Source: Schmidtea polychroa
Taxonomy: Eukaryota
Direction: 5' to 3'
Assembly: GCA_044892525.1 (NCBI GenBank)
Contig: CM097886.1
Coordinates: 99,448,001-99,512,000 of the forward strand
DNA length: 64,000 nucleotides
Shown piece after piece: positions 1-13,499 of this stretch. Made by a program: the position numbers and the translations under genes. The first letter of the stretch is position 1. Every line of letters begins with the position of its first letter. The notes beneath the pieces are model-generated. The model saw only the letters and a list, made by a program, of their open reading frames with translations, was not told the DNA's origin and did not search any database.

Positions 1-338
1 GATATAGATGATATTTTATTGTCAGATTAAACTGTGATAAATGTTAATATATCTTTTTATTTTGAAAACGTTTCTTCTACATTGTTGTATTATCTAAAAT
101 TTTTATTGAAAACTCGTTATAGTTTTCACATTTCTTACAAATGTTAAACACTTGTATAAATATATTTATTAATATTGATAAAGTTTTTATAAATCATGTT
201 TAACTATTGAAAGAATTTGGTAGAAATCTTTATTTGAAATGTATGTTGTAGTGAGCACATCACTACATATATGAGTTGAGTGTATATTTAAAGAATAATA
301 TTTAGAATTTCTTTGTTAAAGTTTTGTCTTGATTATTT

Positions 339-1160
339 TTAGTAGTAACTTCTTGAGTGTGAGTAGTACTCTAATGAGCAGTACTTTTGTGAGCAATACC
401 CATAGGGGGACAGAATATTTTGTCGGATAAACTCAGAGTATATATAATAATAATCATAATAATAATAATAGTAATAATAATAATTTTTAAAAATAATATG
501 ACCTTGAAAAAAAATAAATGACTTTGAAAAATAAATGACCTTGAAAAATAAATTGACCTTGAAAAATAAAATGACCTTGAAAAATAAAATGACCTTGAAA
601 AATATTATTTTTAGTAGTAACTTTGTGAACAGTACCCATGTGACTTGTTGAGTGTGAGTAGTACTCTGGTGAGCAGTACCTTTGTGAGCAATACCCATAA
701 GGGACAGAATATTTTGTCGGATAAACTCAGAGTATATATAATAATAATCATAATAATAATAATAATAATAGTAATAATAATAATAATTTTAAAAAATAAT
801 ATGACCTTGAAAAAAATGACCTTGAAAAAATAAATGACCTTGAAAAATAAATGACCTTGAAAAATAAAATGACCTTGAAAAATAAAATGACCTTGAAAAA
901 TAAAATGACCTTGAAAAATAAAATGACCTTGAAATAAATGACCTTGGAAAAAATTAAATGACCTTGAAAAAATAAATGACCTTGAAAAAAAGACCTTGAC
1001 CTTGAAAAAAATAAATGACCTTGAAAAATTAAATGACCTTGAAAAAATAAATGACCTTGAAAAATTTAATGAACTTGATGAGTCATCACGGCGAGTCATA
1101 TGACCTTGGGAATGACCTTGACCTTGACCTTGAAAAAAAATGACCTTGAAAATGATTTTT
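339..1160. repeat. Tandem array of ~17-21 bp units containing ATGACCTTGA(AAAA), in two blocks, each preceded by a shared MITE-like core and an (AAT)n tract
   Basis: More than 20 copies of TGACCTTGA are visible. The core GAGCAATACCCATA..GACAGAATATTTTGTCGGATAAACTCAGAG occurs at ~391 and ~686 and, inverted, inside the MITE at 37646-37941. Confidence 0.9.
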
Positions 1161-1850
1161 GGTAAAACGTTAATAACTTTGTCAATATTAATGATAATAA
1201 TAATATTTATATATCAATAAATAGATCTTGCACAGGGCTTTAAAATAAGTTATCGATTAATAAATTCGGATTATGGGAACGAAAACCTTTGGGCAAACGA
1301 AAACCATGTGCCCGCTGGATCACTAATAATATTTTGAAAAATAATAATAATAATAATATGACCTTGAAAATGATTTTTGGTAAAATGTTAATAACTTTGT
1401 CAATATTAATGATGATGATATCTTCTATGGCTCAATCGAAAATAAGCTATCGATTAATAAATTCGGATAATGGGAACGATAACTTTTGGGATGAAAAAAA
1501 GTGTGAGCCCGCTGGATCACTAATAATATTTTGGAAAAAATTATGAGACATTGGGTTAGTCTTTGTCTTTGTTCTAAAAATGAGATGAGTCATCGTATGA
1601 TAGGGATCTATATCTCATCTTAAAGGTCTTGCATTGGGCTTTAAGATGAGGTATCGTCCAATAAAATCCGTTGGTGGGAACATTAATTTTTGGGATGAAA
1701 AAAAGTGTGAGCCCGCTGGATCACTTAATTAAAACAAAAAATTAAATTAAAAAAATAAATGACCTTGACCTTGACCTTTTATTTAAAAAAAAATTTTTTT
1801 CCCGGGGGGGGTATATGTGATCTGGCGGGCTCACATCCTACTACTCTATT
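1160..1850. mobile_element. Probable non-autonomous element with internal direct repeats and a subterminal inverted repeat (Helentron/DINE-like?)
   Basis: Three related blocks end in (GTG)TG(A/T)GCCCGCTGGATCAC (~1305, ~1503, ~1705). An inverted copy, GTGATCTGGCGGGCTCAC, lies at ~1817-1834. The family assignment is inference. Confidence 0.4.
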
Positions 1851-3650
1851 GTACTTTAACCATTTGTGTGCCCATGGCGACGACCATGTTGGTACTGTAC
1901 ACAAAGGCGAAAAAACAATGAGCAGGTGAGCTCTATTGCTAAAACTACTCCCCATTGTATTTTCTCTTCGGGTTCTAGACGGCCGATAGAAGGTCTTACG
2001 TCATTAGTTATTTTCTATTTCTACTTTCTACTTTTCTATTTTATTCAACTATGGTCCTCATTTCGGGATGTTTTCTATTGTACCTTTTCAAAATTTTGTG
2101 CAGGGATGTGCCCTTATCTTTCTGTCGTAAATCATTATATGTTTTCTATAATATTTGTCGATAAATGTCGTTCCATATTTTCGCGGTTCTTGTGAAAATG
2201 TAACTTAATTTTTTCAAAAATTTGAGTAGGGGTCTGCCCTTATTCCCAGGTTGATAAACATGTTTCCACACTCCCCATAAAAATTTCAGCAGGGATCTAT
2301 CTGTATTTCTAATCCTGAACTATCGGGTATCTTAACTATTCGTGGTTTCTATAAGATTGCCTAAACCTACTTCATCTACCGACAACTAGTCATAACTATC
2401 CTATTATTTCACCTAACTCAGTGATATCTCTGAGATTAAGCATGACTGAGCCATCCTATACTATCTAAACCTAAACAAGGTCATAAACTATCCGATGGAC
2501 CAAACTGACGAAACATCTGCTGACCAACGACATGAATGTCATCAGTTCACAACTAATCCGCTGAATCTAGTGCATCGACACATAAATCTATTATAAATCA
2601 ATTCAACTACAATTATTAATAAAATTATAACCAAGTCTAAAATATTTATTATTAGAATATTAACTAAAATTAACTTCTATTTAAAATTTCATAAAATTAT
2701 ATAACATTACACTTAACGAACAACAGAAAAATAAATGAATAATCAATATAAATGAAAAACAACTTCCATTCAAAAAATTTTATTACTTAAAAAAATATTA
2801 GCTAACATCAAACTTAACAAAATTACATCTAACATACAAAAAAATCAAATTTACCTTACCGCGATGGCATACACCGAAAATTGAGAGCTCCTGATAACGT
2901 CTGGTAAATTTCTGATTGAACAAGTTGAACCAGTTGAATAAGTTTAACAACAAGTTGAACAGCTGAAATTTCAATCCGTATTTATACTGATTGAATTGTA
3001 CGCCCACGCATTCTCTGCTACTATATCCAATTAGAATGCGAGGCAATTCTGCTTAATTTTTGCATGCATGCGTGAATGTGTGCAATTATTTATTTTTAAA
3101 TTTAATTGATTTAATTAATCAAAATTCTAATTTTTATTAATTTTTAAGATTTATTTTTATAAATTCTATAATTTAAATAGTTTTTGCTTATTTTAATTTA
3201 GTTTTATAAGTTTTATAATTTAAATAAGTTTAGTTAATTTTATTTTAGTTTCATTGATTTAAACAATTTGATTTTATAAATTTTATAATTTATCTAATTT
3301 TACTACTTTTATTCTACTTTTTATCATTTTACCAGTTTACTAGATAATTTATTTTAAATTTTAAATTTATTTATTTAGAAATTTTTCATATTATTAATTA
3401 ATTTATTACCCATTATTTTATTTATTTTTATTTTTTTTTGTTAGCTATTCCGAATACGATGTTTCTCCTAATTGTGTTGGTGATCGTGATATTTTTGGCA
3501 TTACTTTATTTTATTACCCGGGTCTTATTTATCCTCAATGTGTTATGTACTTTAATTTGTATTGATTGGTGTTTTAATCTAACTTAGTGCGATTTTTATA
3601 TATTTTTGATTCATTAAAACAAGCTCTCAATTCTCGGTTCTAGCCCAACA
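1850..3650 (-). mobile_element. Truncated LTR remnant related to the giant-element LTR family
   Basis: The plus strand reads GGTTCTAGCCCAACA ending at 3650. On the minus strand this is TGTTGGGCTAGAAC, identical to the first 14 nt of the LTRs at 20518 and 43087. The conserved LTR 3' structured motif is at 1885-2002. Confidence 0.5.
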
Positions 3651-5056
3651 CTTGGTTGACAATAATAACGAATTTCTTGACAATATAAACGTTTATTGAT
3701 CAGCACAATTGATTGCAAGCTTACAAAGACATAGAATAATTCAATATTACAACATTTTGTAATTTGTACTTATTAAGTAGTAATGAATTTATTTATTTCA
3801 TTGTTTGATTTCATTGATAATTTGCATTTTCTTGTTTTTCAATTTTTGTTACTTCTACTTCTGAGAATTTTGTATTTATCCTTTATTTTTATCCATTTTC
3901 CTCCAATAGTTTTACGCATTTAAATTATTAATTTATTTTATTACTTAGATATTCTCAACATTTGAACATTTAAAAATAAAAAAGCTCTTTATACTTTGTT
4001 TCTTAACATTCTAAATATTTATTGATTAAATTCTTCTGTAAGCTATTTCATTCGTTCAAAATATTCTGTTGCCAAATCTGTCTCAAATGAATTTTATTTG
4101 TGAGCCAACAATTTGTAGTTACATCCCTGTCATCAGTACTATGTAAAAACTTCAATCCCACCACTAGGCCGTATCGAATTATACTGTTGTATAGAAGTTT
4201 CCTGATCTTTGAGTTAAACGTTTTATCTGAATTTTATATGAATCTTTGATATCAAAGAGATTTATTTCCTCATTTACTTCTTATTACCTCTCTTTGATCT
4301 AAGAATCAAGGTATAGTATCGTATTGATCTTTGATTGTGATCTTTTTGTAGATTTCAGCCGGTCAGATCCCCGGTCAACTCCCCGCGAAAATATATTTAC
4401 GAAAAATCAATTTTGAAAGTAATTCATCGAGGTCTTTTTTTTCAGTGAAAAAATAGGTAGGTCACATAAGAACTTATGGAGGTCATTTATTTTTAAAACT
4501 ATATATTTTATATAAATTAAGTAGGTCAAGTTAAATTGAGACGGGAATTAACTGCTCAGATGTTCACATAACTATTTGAACTGATCCTTTTTATACTGAT
4601 AGTGACAGACATGTTGGTACTCTTATACGTTGGCTGGATGTGATGGACAGGTGAGCTCCTCTGCCGGATTCACTTACATTCTTTCTAACCTGTTTATTTT
4701 GGCCTTTAATTTGTTCATTTTCCTCTTTAGCTGAGCACTCTTAGTCACTTTGGTTGCGCACTCCGGGCATTTTGGTGTGGGTTTGGAAATGATTGCTTGA
4801 CATTACAAAGCGTCATTGGCACTATAACCGAATTAATTAGTGTTGTTATAACAAACTAACATATATCTTTGCAGAGACCTCCAGCTAGCTCGATTACAGC
4901 CATTATATCCCTTTATTGAAATATTTATTTACATGCAGGTCATCGTGGTTGGCGGCTGTAATCTATTTAGTCGGCTTTTGCAATTATATATTTTAGCTTT
5001 TTCGTGTCCATGCATTCACAATGTGATAATCATATGAAAGATTATATTGTAAATGT

Positions 5057-8000
5057 TGTTGGGTACCTGGTCATGCCTTTCCTAACTGACGTAACTAGAG
5101 GTTGTCCATACCGTTGATTTGACTTTTCCCAGGCACCCAAAGTGATTTATTGACATAATCTCTCCTGTGTACCCATGACAGCGAGTCATGTTGGTGATGT
5201 ACACCGAGGTTGGAACCTGTGAGCAGGTGAGCCCCTGTGTTAGGACTACTCCTCACAGTGTTCGTGGTTCGGGTTCTAGAATGCCATAGAAGGACATACA
5301 TCGATCGACGATCGCCTCTGGTCCAAGTGAGGTCGTTAGATTTTCCTACATGTTCACGATACGGCATTAGACCAATCAACTAACTATTCAATTATCATCG
5401 AGACAACGATTCGCATTTTAACATTTATTAAATTTAATCCAGTTCCAGATACATCGGAAAATAAAGAGATGATCATACAACAAATTCACACTAAGACATA
5501 TTATTACAATTTGTCCATAAAAGGATTTACAATAGTCATTTATCATGCTAGATGGAGTTTAGGTTGAACACTTTGGATAGGGTATTTGCATTTACATATC
5601 TCCTTCTGTCAACATCGCGGCGATGTCGTTTTCCAATACCGGGTCGGGAGTTGGTAACGAGGCTGTCGCTAGCACGACTTTTATTGACGAAACTGTACCT
5701 GTGGGAGGCACTACTTTTGCCTGAGATACAGCGAACAGGGTCGCTTCTAAAGTAGCAATTTCCTCGTGCCGTTTTTTAGTTTTTTCCGCGCGGGTCAGTC
5801 GTTTCTTCCTTTTCTGTTTGGGCGGTTCCATCTGGATTACCCACTGAGAAGTTGAGGGGTCCACTGGATTTACGATTGAAGGTGTGGGTATCTGTATTCT
5901 TGTCATTATGACGTCCCCTGTGACTGGCGACACGACAGTTGGGCCATGGGAATCGCAGCGCGTTGAGTGTGATAATCATATGAAAGATTATATTGTAAAT
6001 GTTGTTGGGCCGGCTCTGGATGATTTAACCAATGATTTTGCGGAAATATATTCCTTTTGTTTAAGATGGGATATTCGGTGATGCGAGCCTTCAATTCGGC
6101 GTCAGAATAGATGCGGTGGAGAGCCGCAGATTGTGCCTTGATTGTGAGCCGTTGGCTCAGACTTTCCTTGAGTAAACTTTCACGGCAGTGCTCGAGTCTG
6201 AGGATCTTCATTTGAGCATCTTTCATTTGTAGTGGAGTAAACCAGGTACCCTCCAAGTTGTCAATCTTTCGCTTTAGGGTGCCGATGTACTCAGCCGACT
6301 TCTTCAACAGCACATTTTTGTCGGCACACGAGAAACATGGTCTCGGGCCGGTTGGAGGGAGATTCGGTTCTGACATTTTTCTCGAAAACTGGAAAAAATC
6401 AGAATGTGTAACTTACTCCGACAGAATGGAAAAATTCCCGCAGGGTCCCAAAAATACCTAAGATAAAAATCCTCTCTCCCCGGGCCTGTTTCCATAGTAA
6501 ATTTTATAAGATTAAATTTTTAAAAGTTATCCCGATTCAGGTGGGTAGGGACAGAATTTCGATCGAGAAACAATTGATTCATTATATTTTTGTCCTTGCG
6601 TTATTTCAGAAATATAAATTCGTTATTTTAGAATTAATTATTTAAATTCATTTTCATCGACTGCGAAATTTACAAAAATCGTTACGAATTCCTTATTGAT
6701 TTTATTTATGAAAAATCTACGGTTCCAACTAACTTGTTGACATTTATTATCTAGATTCATTTTGTAAATATTTTTGTTCAAATGTGCCGCCTGAGTTCCT
6801 TTATGAATCAAAACTTTTTCCCCAATTATCGCAAATCGAAAAGATTGGTAGCTGATATATTTGTGTTAGGGAATTCTCTCTGAGTAAGAATTATCGACAA
6901 ATAATCTATCATCTGGTATGTGCGGAATGTGATACTGCGGTGTGCATGTATCCCAACTTCGCGATTATGTCATCAGTAATCTAATGTCAGATTTCCCTCT
7001 GGATATCCATCACTCACTCCTTAGTGCATACGATTTAAGTAACTGTGGCGCTATCTAATTGCGTGCATTTGTTAGACGAAGTGCTGGGAATTGTGGTGAT
7101 CAACGCCACTTGTGAGACGGTTATGTAGATATGTCCATGTTTTTGTTCATTTTAGATTTTTTGGATTTCACTGAAGTATCTTCACCATCTAAATTAATTG
7201 GTGGTAAATATTTATGTACATTCTGGGAAAAAAATCGCCTATTCATCATGTGTTGACAGTAAGCCGAGATTTATTGATTTCAATTCCCTGTATTATCCGA
7301 TGAAAAGCCTTGTCAGATATTGATAAGTCAATCGAATTGGTACGGCTTTTGTTTATAATGTTATCGTGATTTTACACCAATATCTACGATGGAAAATATA
7401 GATAATCCGGCTGTGGTATCTACCTACTAGTTGGCGGTTAAACCCGCTAAAAGTACAATTCAGAGGAAATCAGACAAGTAGAAGCTCAAAATAAATGGTT
7501 TAATCGATTCTGTGAGAGGTATCTTTCTCTATCGGATGAATGAATGGCACGAAAATCAATCTCCTCGCGAGGTCTCCCCTATTACAAGATGGCAACTTTT
7601 TTTAATCTACAGAAGAAACAGATGTGTTTCATCGCCGTCACCGAGCCAGAGAATTGATCGTTTTCCACAAATCATGTAAATTTTATTCGCATCTAACTAC
7701 AAATCTCTTTCTATCACCATAATCAATCATCCAGCAAGACAATCTGAGCCCTATCGATGCAAGCATCAACAGTTCCAGACGTACTCCCAGCTAATCGTAT
7801 CATTAATCATCATTAACAAATAAATCGAAGTAATAATAAAATTTATGTTTATAATATTAATAAAACCTAGACCGTTCAATCGTCGTTTCCCTCTGGTTTG
7901 GGCCATCTCAATTCTATACTATCCTACCGCTACCTCATAACAGATATCCAACTACTCCACTGAAATCGCTGAAAACTCAATTACAACTATTGGCCATAAA

Positions 8001-9376
8001 TTTCAACTATCCTGACTAATTCTACCTTGTACTATTCGATCCTCCAAGGCTACACATCTATGCTCCGGAGTTCTCGCTGGGTCATCATTCTTCTGATCGA
8101 CGCTTCCCATTCCTACTGGATACTCATAATTCACGTCCTCAACATCCTCGACACTGAAATAGGTCCTACCTCCATATTATTGGTACTCCTCCTCAATCTC
8201 CAATTTACTTCCGATTGATCCCAGCAACTCTAAATCTCGACTGAATATTTTCTCATGTTCTCTTTCTCCGGGTCACAGTCAGGTTGTTCGAACCAAGCTC
8301 GTGAATTTTCCGCAGGTATCATTCTTCCTCATGCTACCACGCATACAGATTACCTCATCGTCTCACCAGCACTTCATGAATCTCCGGATACTCCTATCTG
8401 TATTTCTTCAAATCGGTCTGTGCAACAATCAGTCCATTGATATCATTAAAGAACTTTATCGATCATGTTTTATATAAAGTTAGACAAGACGTTTTATAAT
8501 AAATAATATATTCGATTAAAAGTTATCATACTACCATATTTAAATCATTTTGAATATTATATTCAAATAAAATTTCCATAACTAAATCATTCTAAATAAT
8601 ATAACCGAATAAGAATTACCATATTAACACACCTAAATCATTCTAAATCGAATAAAAATTTCCATGTTAATATAACTAAATCATTCTAAATAATATCATC
8701 GAAAGAATAAAGAATAAGCTTAAATTTCATATTATAATTACAAATACTAAGACAATAAAATTAAATAAAGAAATGCTTATAACATCGCTAGCTTATCATA
8801 TAATCCAACCAAATAAACCTTACATTATTTCTTATTGAGAAATAAACTGATCGTCTAAAGTAGATTTAATATTGGCTGATTGTTCCGTGGGTAATAGTTC
8901 TGTCTAAACTGGTTATTTCTTGAAAATCTGAATTAGAATTTTAAAAACTGAAATATTTTATTCGCTATCCTACCTGAATTAGAATTTTAAAAACTGAGGG
9001 AATTAGCCGCTCGGTTTTCTTATATACTGGATTCTGTCCAATCAGAATCCAGTGCGGTTGTATTATTTTATTTTTATTCATTTTTTCTCTTTTTTATTCT
9101 TTTCTTATGTTTTTCTTTATTATTTTTAGCGATTTTATTAGTAATTAATTTTTCTATTTCTTTGGTTGATTTTTGGGGTATTTTCTCGCGTTTTCCTAAC
9201 TTGTTTGTATTTCCTTAATTATTATTACTATTTTTGGGTTTGATATCATTATTTTAATTTTTCTCGCTATCTCTTTCCGGTGTATCTTTTAGACACAGGT
9301 ATTTGATCACTGCGCATTTTTACTGACGATATTAAATACATTCACTTTACCTTCTCTGGTGCTTGATTTTTATTAT
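5057..9376 (-). mobile_element. Diverged large LTR remnant (minus orientation); the 5' boundary is lost in the N-gap
   Basis: The minus-strand end GGTACCCAACA is at 5057. The order on the minus strand matches LTRs A and B: coiled-coil TWFTP ORF, structured motif (5187-5301), LTR end. The extent beyond ~6500 is uncertain. Confidence 0.45.
5592..6376 (-). pseudogene. LTR-borne coiled-coil/basic protein of the TWF[ST]P family, split by one frameshift near 5930
   Basis: ORF 5906-6376 contains KIDNLEGTWFTPLQMK (compare CREFEGTWFSPEAMK at 26.4 kb). The overlapping ORF 5592-5933 contains PKQKRKKRLTRAEK (compare KPKRKRLGRTIREK). Confidence 0.6.
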
Positions 9377-9547
9377 NNNNNNNNNNNNNNNNNNNNNNNN
9401 NNNNNNNNNNNNNNNNNNNNNNNNNNNNNNNNNNNNNNNNNNNNNNNNNNNNNNNNNNNNNNNNNNNNNNNNNNNNNNNNNNNNNNNNNNNNNNNNNNNN
9501 NNNNNNNNNNNNNNNNNNNNNNNNNNNNNNNNNNNNNNNNNNNNNNN
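9377..9547. other. Assembly gap (N run)
   Basis: Run of N bases. Confidence 1.
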
Positions 9548-9708
9548 ATCCTTTTCAATTTCAATATGAGAGTAAACGTTTGAAAAATAAAGTTTTACTT
9601 GTATTATTCTCGAAATAAGTCCCAAACGGCTTTGCAAGATGCATCAGAATAAATCTCATTCGAACGTACTTTTGATTGCGTATCTGTTGCTGAACGGGGG
9701 TTTAGTAA

Positions 9709-10440
9709 TCAAGGTCGTACATATGTTTTTGATTGATTATTAAGCATTAAATATAATACATTTGAAATAAGCAACGGTCCTCGTAAATCAGTTATAATAT
9801 TATTCATCAAACTGAAACCGCGTTTCCACTCAGCTGTTGAATATAGTAAAGAGAAAACTGCAGTTAATAGCAGTATTAATTTCTCGGGCACAATTTTATT
9901 AGAATTTTAATCCTAGTTCATGGCATATACATTCTAAAGCATGGAAATGTTTAGGAGACTCGCTATATAACGTATATGGTTTGTCTAGAGAAGATTTAAA
10001 GTGGTTTACGGGACAATTCATGAAATTATTGCCTTCTCATCTCATTTGCAATATGATTAATGATATTTATTGCGCTATTTAGAGAATTGGGAATCGAACC
10101 TAAATTTATGCTATTTATCGGCTGTAATGGAACAAGTTCTTCATGATCGTTAGAAAGTCTGTTATTTTTAGCTAAATAATATGTAGTACTGAATGCTTCG
10201 TTGGTTGATTCTTTTTCTACATTGTGTTGGGTATTTTGTGCAAGTCGGTATCACTGTCTGACTTCCTTTGTGTTCTTTTCGAAATTAAGTAAACAACCCA
10301 ACACAAAATCTTTATTCGAGACTACTACAGTTACACTTTGGTTATTCTTTTTATTAATTCAACCACACTTGATACAACCCGTTTTTGGTCTGCACTTTTC
10401 AATACAACTACAAATCTTACGTAGCCATAAATCTTCCAGC
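9709..10440 (-). pseudogene. Internally deleted hAT transposase remnant (KIAA1586/ZNF862-like)
   Basis: Hand translation gives YYLAKNNRLSNDHEELVPLQ..INHIANEMR and a C-terminal dimerisation-type motif STAEWKRGFSLMNNIITDLR, with stops between them. Confidence 0.55.
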
Positions 10441-11992
10441 GGGAGACGTCTCTTTCTGGTACGTTCGATTTAAATTATACAAATTGACACTAACTTCAAA
10501 GTTTTCTTTGTTACTCTCGTTAAATTTCTCGTTTCCTTTTCTTCGACCAACTGGCAATTCTGTTTACTTGCCAGTCGCTTTTATACCCATCCTATAATTG
10601 ATTTTACTTTGATAAATCAGTCTGAATCCACTTCCCCAGGCTTCCTCTTGTAGCTCCAATTCGCTTTGAGGAAGTTGTTCGTCTCCTTTGACGGCTTGGC
10701 CCAATTTAATTTTAGTCGGCTGATTTAATTGCCTTTCCTAATTTGATTAATAATTCGGTTCTCCATTTGCATTGGTTTCCCATTAGCTCGGGTTCTCCAT
10801 TAGTTAATTAATTTTTGTTTTTTGTAATTTATTCCTTCTAAGGACCCTCCCCCATTGATTTTATTATAGTTGAACTCGTCTCCTTATTCAGCATCCGCCC
10901 ATACCATTTCCCCAGGAAAATATTAATTTTTTTAATTAATATTTTGTACTTAAAATTTTTATTGTTAATTTGGTGTTTTTATTGATTTTAACCTCATTTT
11001 TGTATCCTCCCTTGTTGAAGCCCAACAAATGAAAACTGTGAGCATTTAATATTTGGACGGAAAGGTCCCTTTGGTGATACCCTTAGGAAATGACGATTTA
11101 TGAGTTTAATTTGGGCCTTACTGTGAATAAGTAGAATTAAATATCTGGCTGGAATCTGGCGGTAGAATTGATGTGAAACTGTCATTTCCGTTGATACCTT
11201 TATGTAGTCTGTATATTATAGTCAAATAAAATTGCTAATTATATTTCAATGGCAAGTGGATTGACCAGTACTTTTGATTACCTATTTTGTAGCAATCTTG
11301 TACATTTGGGTTGCCGACTGTTAGTAGAGATTATAATTATATAATTTATTGTATAAAATAATATTTGATAAAGGCAGTATTGAAAATTTGTGAAATAAAT
11401 TTTAGATCCAGTCCAAATTGAAATAAATTATACTAAAATCTTTTGTTTACTTTTTTCGTTGTGCCGGCCTGCACTGCCATTAGCATTATTAAATTTTTAT
11501 AAATTATTAATATTTTCAATCGATTTTTTCCTTTCTCCCTCAAACTATGAAATAATTACATTTTGGATAAATTTGCTGCTGATATTGCTGATAGGCGCCC
11601 CCTAAACCGTCGAATATTAACAGATGGAGTTGGAATCATTGGAATTCTTCAATTGTTTGCTTTGTAACAGTATTAGGTTGTATTGGATTTCACAATTCTT
11701 TCTGACATTCATGGTAACGAGATTATACAAAGTTTCTCCCACCTTGACATCATTTATAATAAATGGAACTTGAATCTATGACCCCAAAGGCCATCTTATA
11801 AATATTTTTTGAATTTCAAAATAGAGTAGCTATGATTAATTTTGTTAACTGTCAATTTGATACAAGAAAATAAATTAAATAAATATATATATATTTGACC
11901 TAGTTAAATAAATTAATAAAAAATAATCTAGGTCAATAAAATCTAAATTAGGCCAAATTAAGTTTAAGAAACAATTTTATTAAACAAACAAA

Positions 11993-12695
11993 TTAATCCT
12001 TTCTCAATTCATATTTTATTTCCTTTACACCTTCTTTTGTAATGACGTTGATAATTAGATTATCACCACAATGGATATCCCGTTCAGCAGCACTAATAAA
12101 CACATCACGAACAAACTTAACTGCATCTTCTGCTGAAATACTTTTCTTTTCTGTTCCCAGTTGATTGTTTTTGCTGATCTGGTTATCAAGAAACGGTTGT
12201 AAGATAGGGCCAGCGCTTCCAGAAGCTCTATAAGCTTCTCTTTCAAATGATCCAACAGGATCATAACTATATAATGCACCTCGACCATTTTCATCCAAAC
12301 CTCCTAAGATATTTGAAACGTATAGTGGAAAAAATCTTCTGCTATATAACGTATTTGATAACGTTTGAGATAGCGCATTAGTAGTCATTTCTTTGTTATG
12401 TTCTAATTTATACATTTGGGATTTGGCCTTAAGAGTTTTCATTAAAGTTAACGTATCCCCTTGAAACCCTGTCGCAGCTATAATCGAATTCTTATTAATT
12501 TTGTAAAGGTGAGAATAATCATGAGATAAAATATTATAAGAAGCTTCTTCGCACAATCTCGTATCACTGGCTAACAAACAATAATCATCACCAGCAATAC
12601 CAAGAACGGTGCTAAAATATTAATAGTAAAATAGTAAAAAATGAAAACATTTATAAAACTTACCCTCCGTTCATAACATATGGATCAAAAGACAT
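11993..12695 (-). CDS. PSMB1: Proteasome subunit beta type-1 (beta6); exons 12695-12664 and 12611-11993, 216 aa
   Basis: The spliced N-terminus [30 protein letters not shown] matches the PSMB1 mature start (FSPYVFNGGT.LAIAG.D..IVASDTRL). SRRFFPLYV, YSYDPVGS and AAERDIHCGD..LRKD are present. A 52-nt GT-AG intron (12663-12612) keeps the frame. Confidence 0.95.
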
Positions 12696-13001
12696 TATTA
12701 ATGAAAATTTAAAAAATACAATTTTGTAAGACAATTTTAAACAAGGAATGTTAATGAAGAAAATGAAAAATTCTTATTGTACAAATTTATATTTACTTAT
12801 TATAAATACAAAATATTAAATTTTTTTATAGATGTTTTATTAATATTATTTTAGTAAAATATATCTTTATGTTCGTCTTTGAACTAGTAAATTTATTTTA
12901 TTTATCTTAATGTTTGAATGTATATCGATGTTTTTCTAGTTCAATAATTTACAATCATTTTTATTTAAATGTAACAAGATAATAAAAGCAGTAATTATAT
13001 T

Positions 13002-13147
13002 GAGTGATGGGATTCAGCCGGTACACACAGGTACGCCTCTACAGGTTCTTAATAAGTTCTAGTAAGTGCGTACGTATTTTTCATTTTACAAATCAATAAA
13101 GATTTGGAAAGCGTGCCGATTCCAAAGAAAATTGAATCCCATCACTG
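13002..13147. mobile_element. Short hAT-type MITE upstream of PSMB1
   Basis: Inverted ends (G)AGTGATGGGATTCA / TGAATCCCATCACTG. The TSD is not convincing (ATTATATT vs ATTGTAAC). Confidence 0.5.
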
Positions 13148-13499
13148 ATTGTAACTAATAATTTTGAAAAATTGCAAATGATGGATTTCACCATTTTTAC
13201 GGAATATTCTAGTTTTATTTTCTATTTATTCCTGTTGTCATTTTTATTTCTAATTCATTTTTTATGTTATTTTGTGGAAATTTTTCTAATTTCCATTCTT
13301 ATATCTCGTTATCGCTATTAATTCAAATTTGCTTACTTCTGTTATATATTTATGTGTTTGAGTTTGTTACATGTATTACTTCTTGCTTTCGTTTGATTTT
13401 TCTTTACTTTGGTGCTATTTGGATTCTATTAGTTATGTTCATTTGGTGCCTTAAGGTGTTTCTAATTTAACTCGACTTACTGCTATGTTTGAGTGTTAT

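Noticed and set aside
339-1099. ORFs with FFKV, SRSF and poly-Ile/Tyr runs
   Set aside because: They are translations of the TGACCTTGA satellite and (AAT)n tracts.
7500-7600. Faint resemblance to a 28S rRNA segment
   Set aside because: The similarity is too short and weak, with no flanking rRNA sequence.
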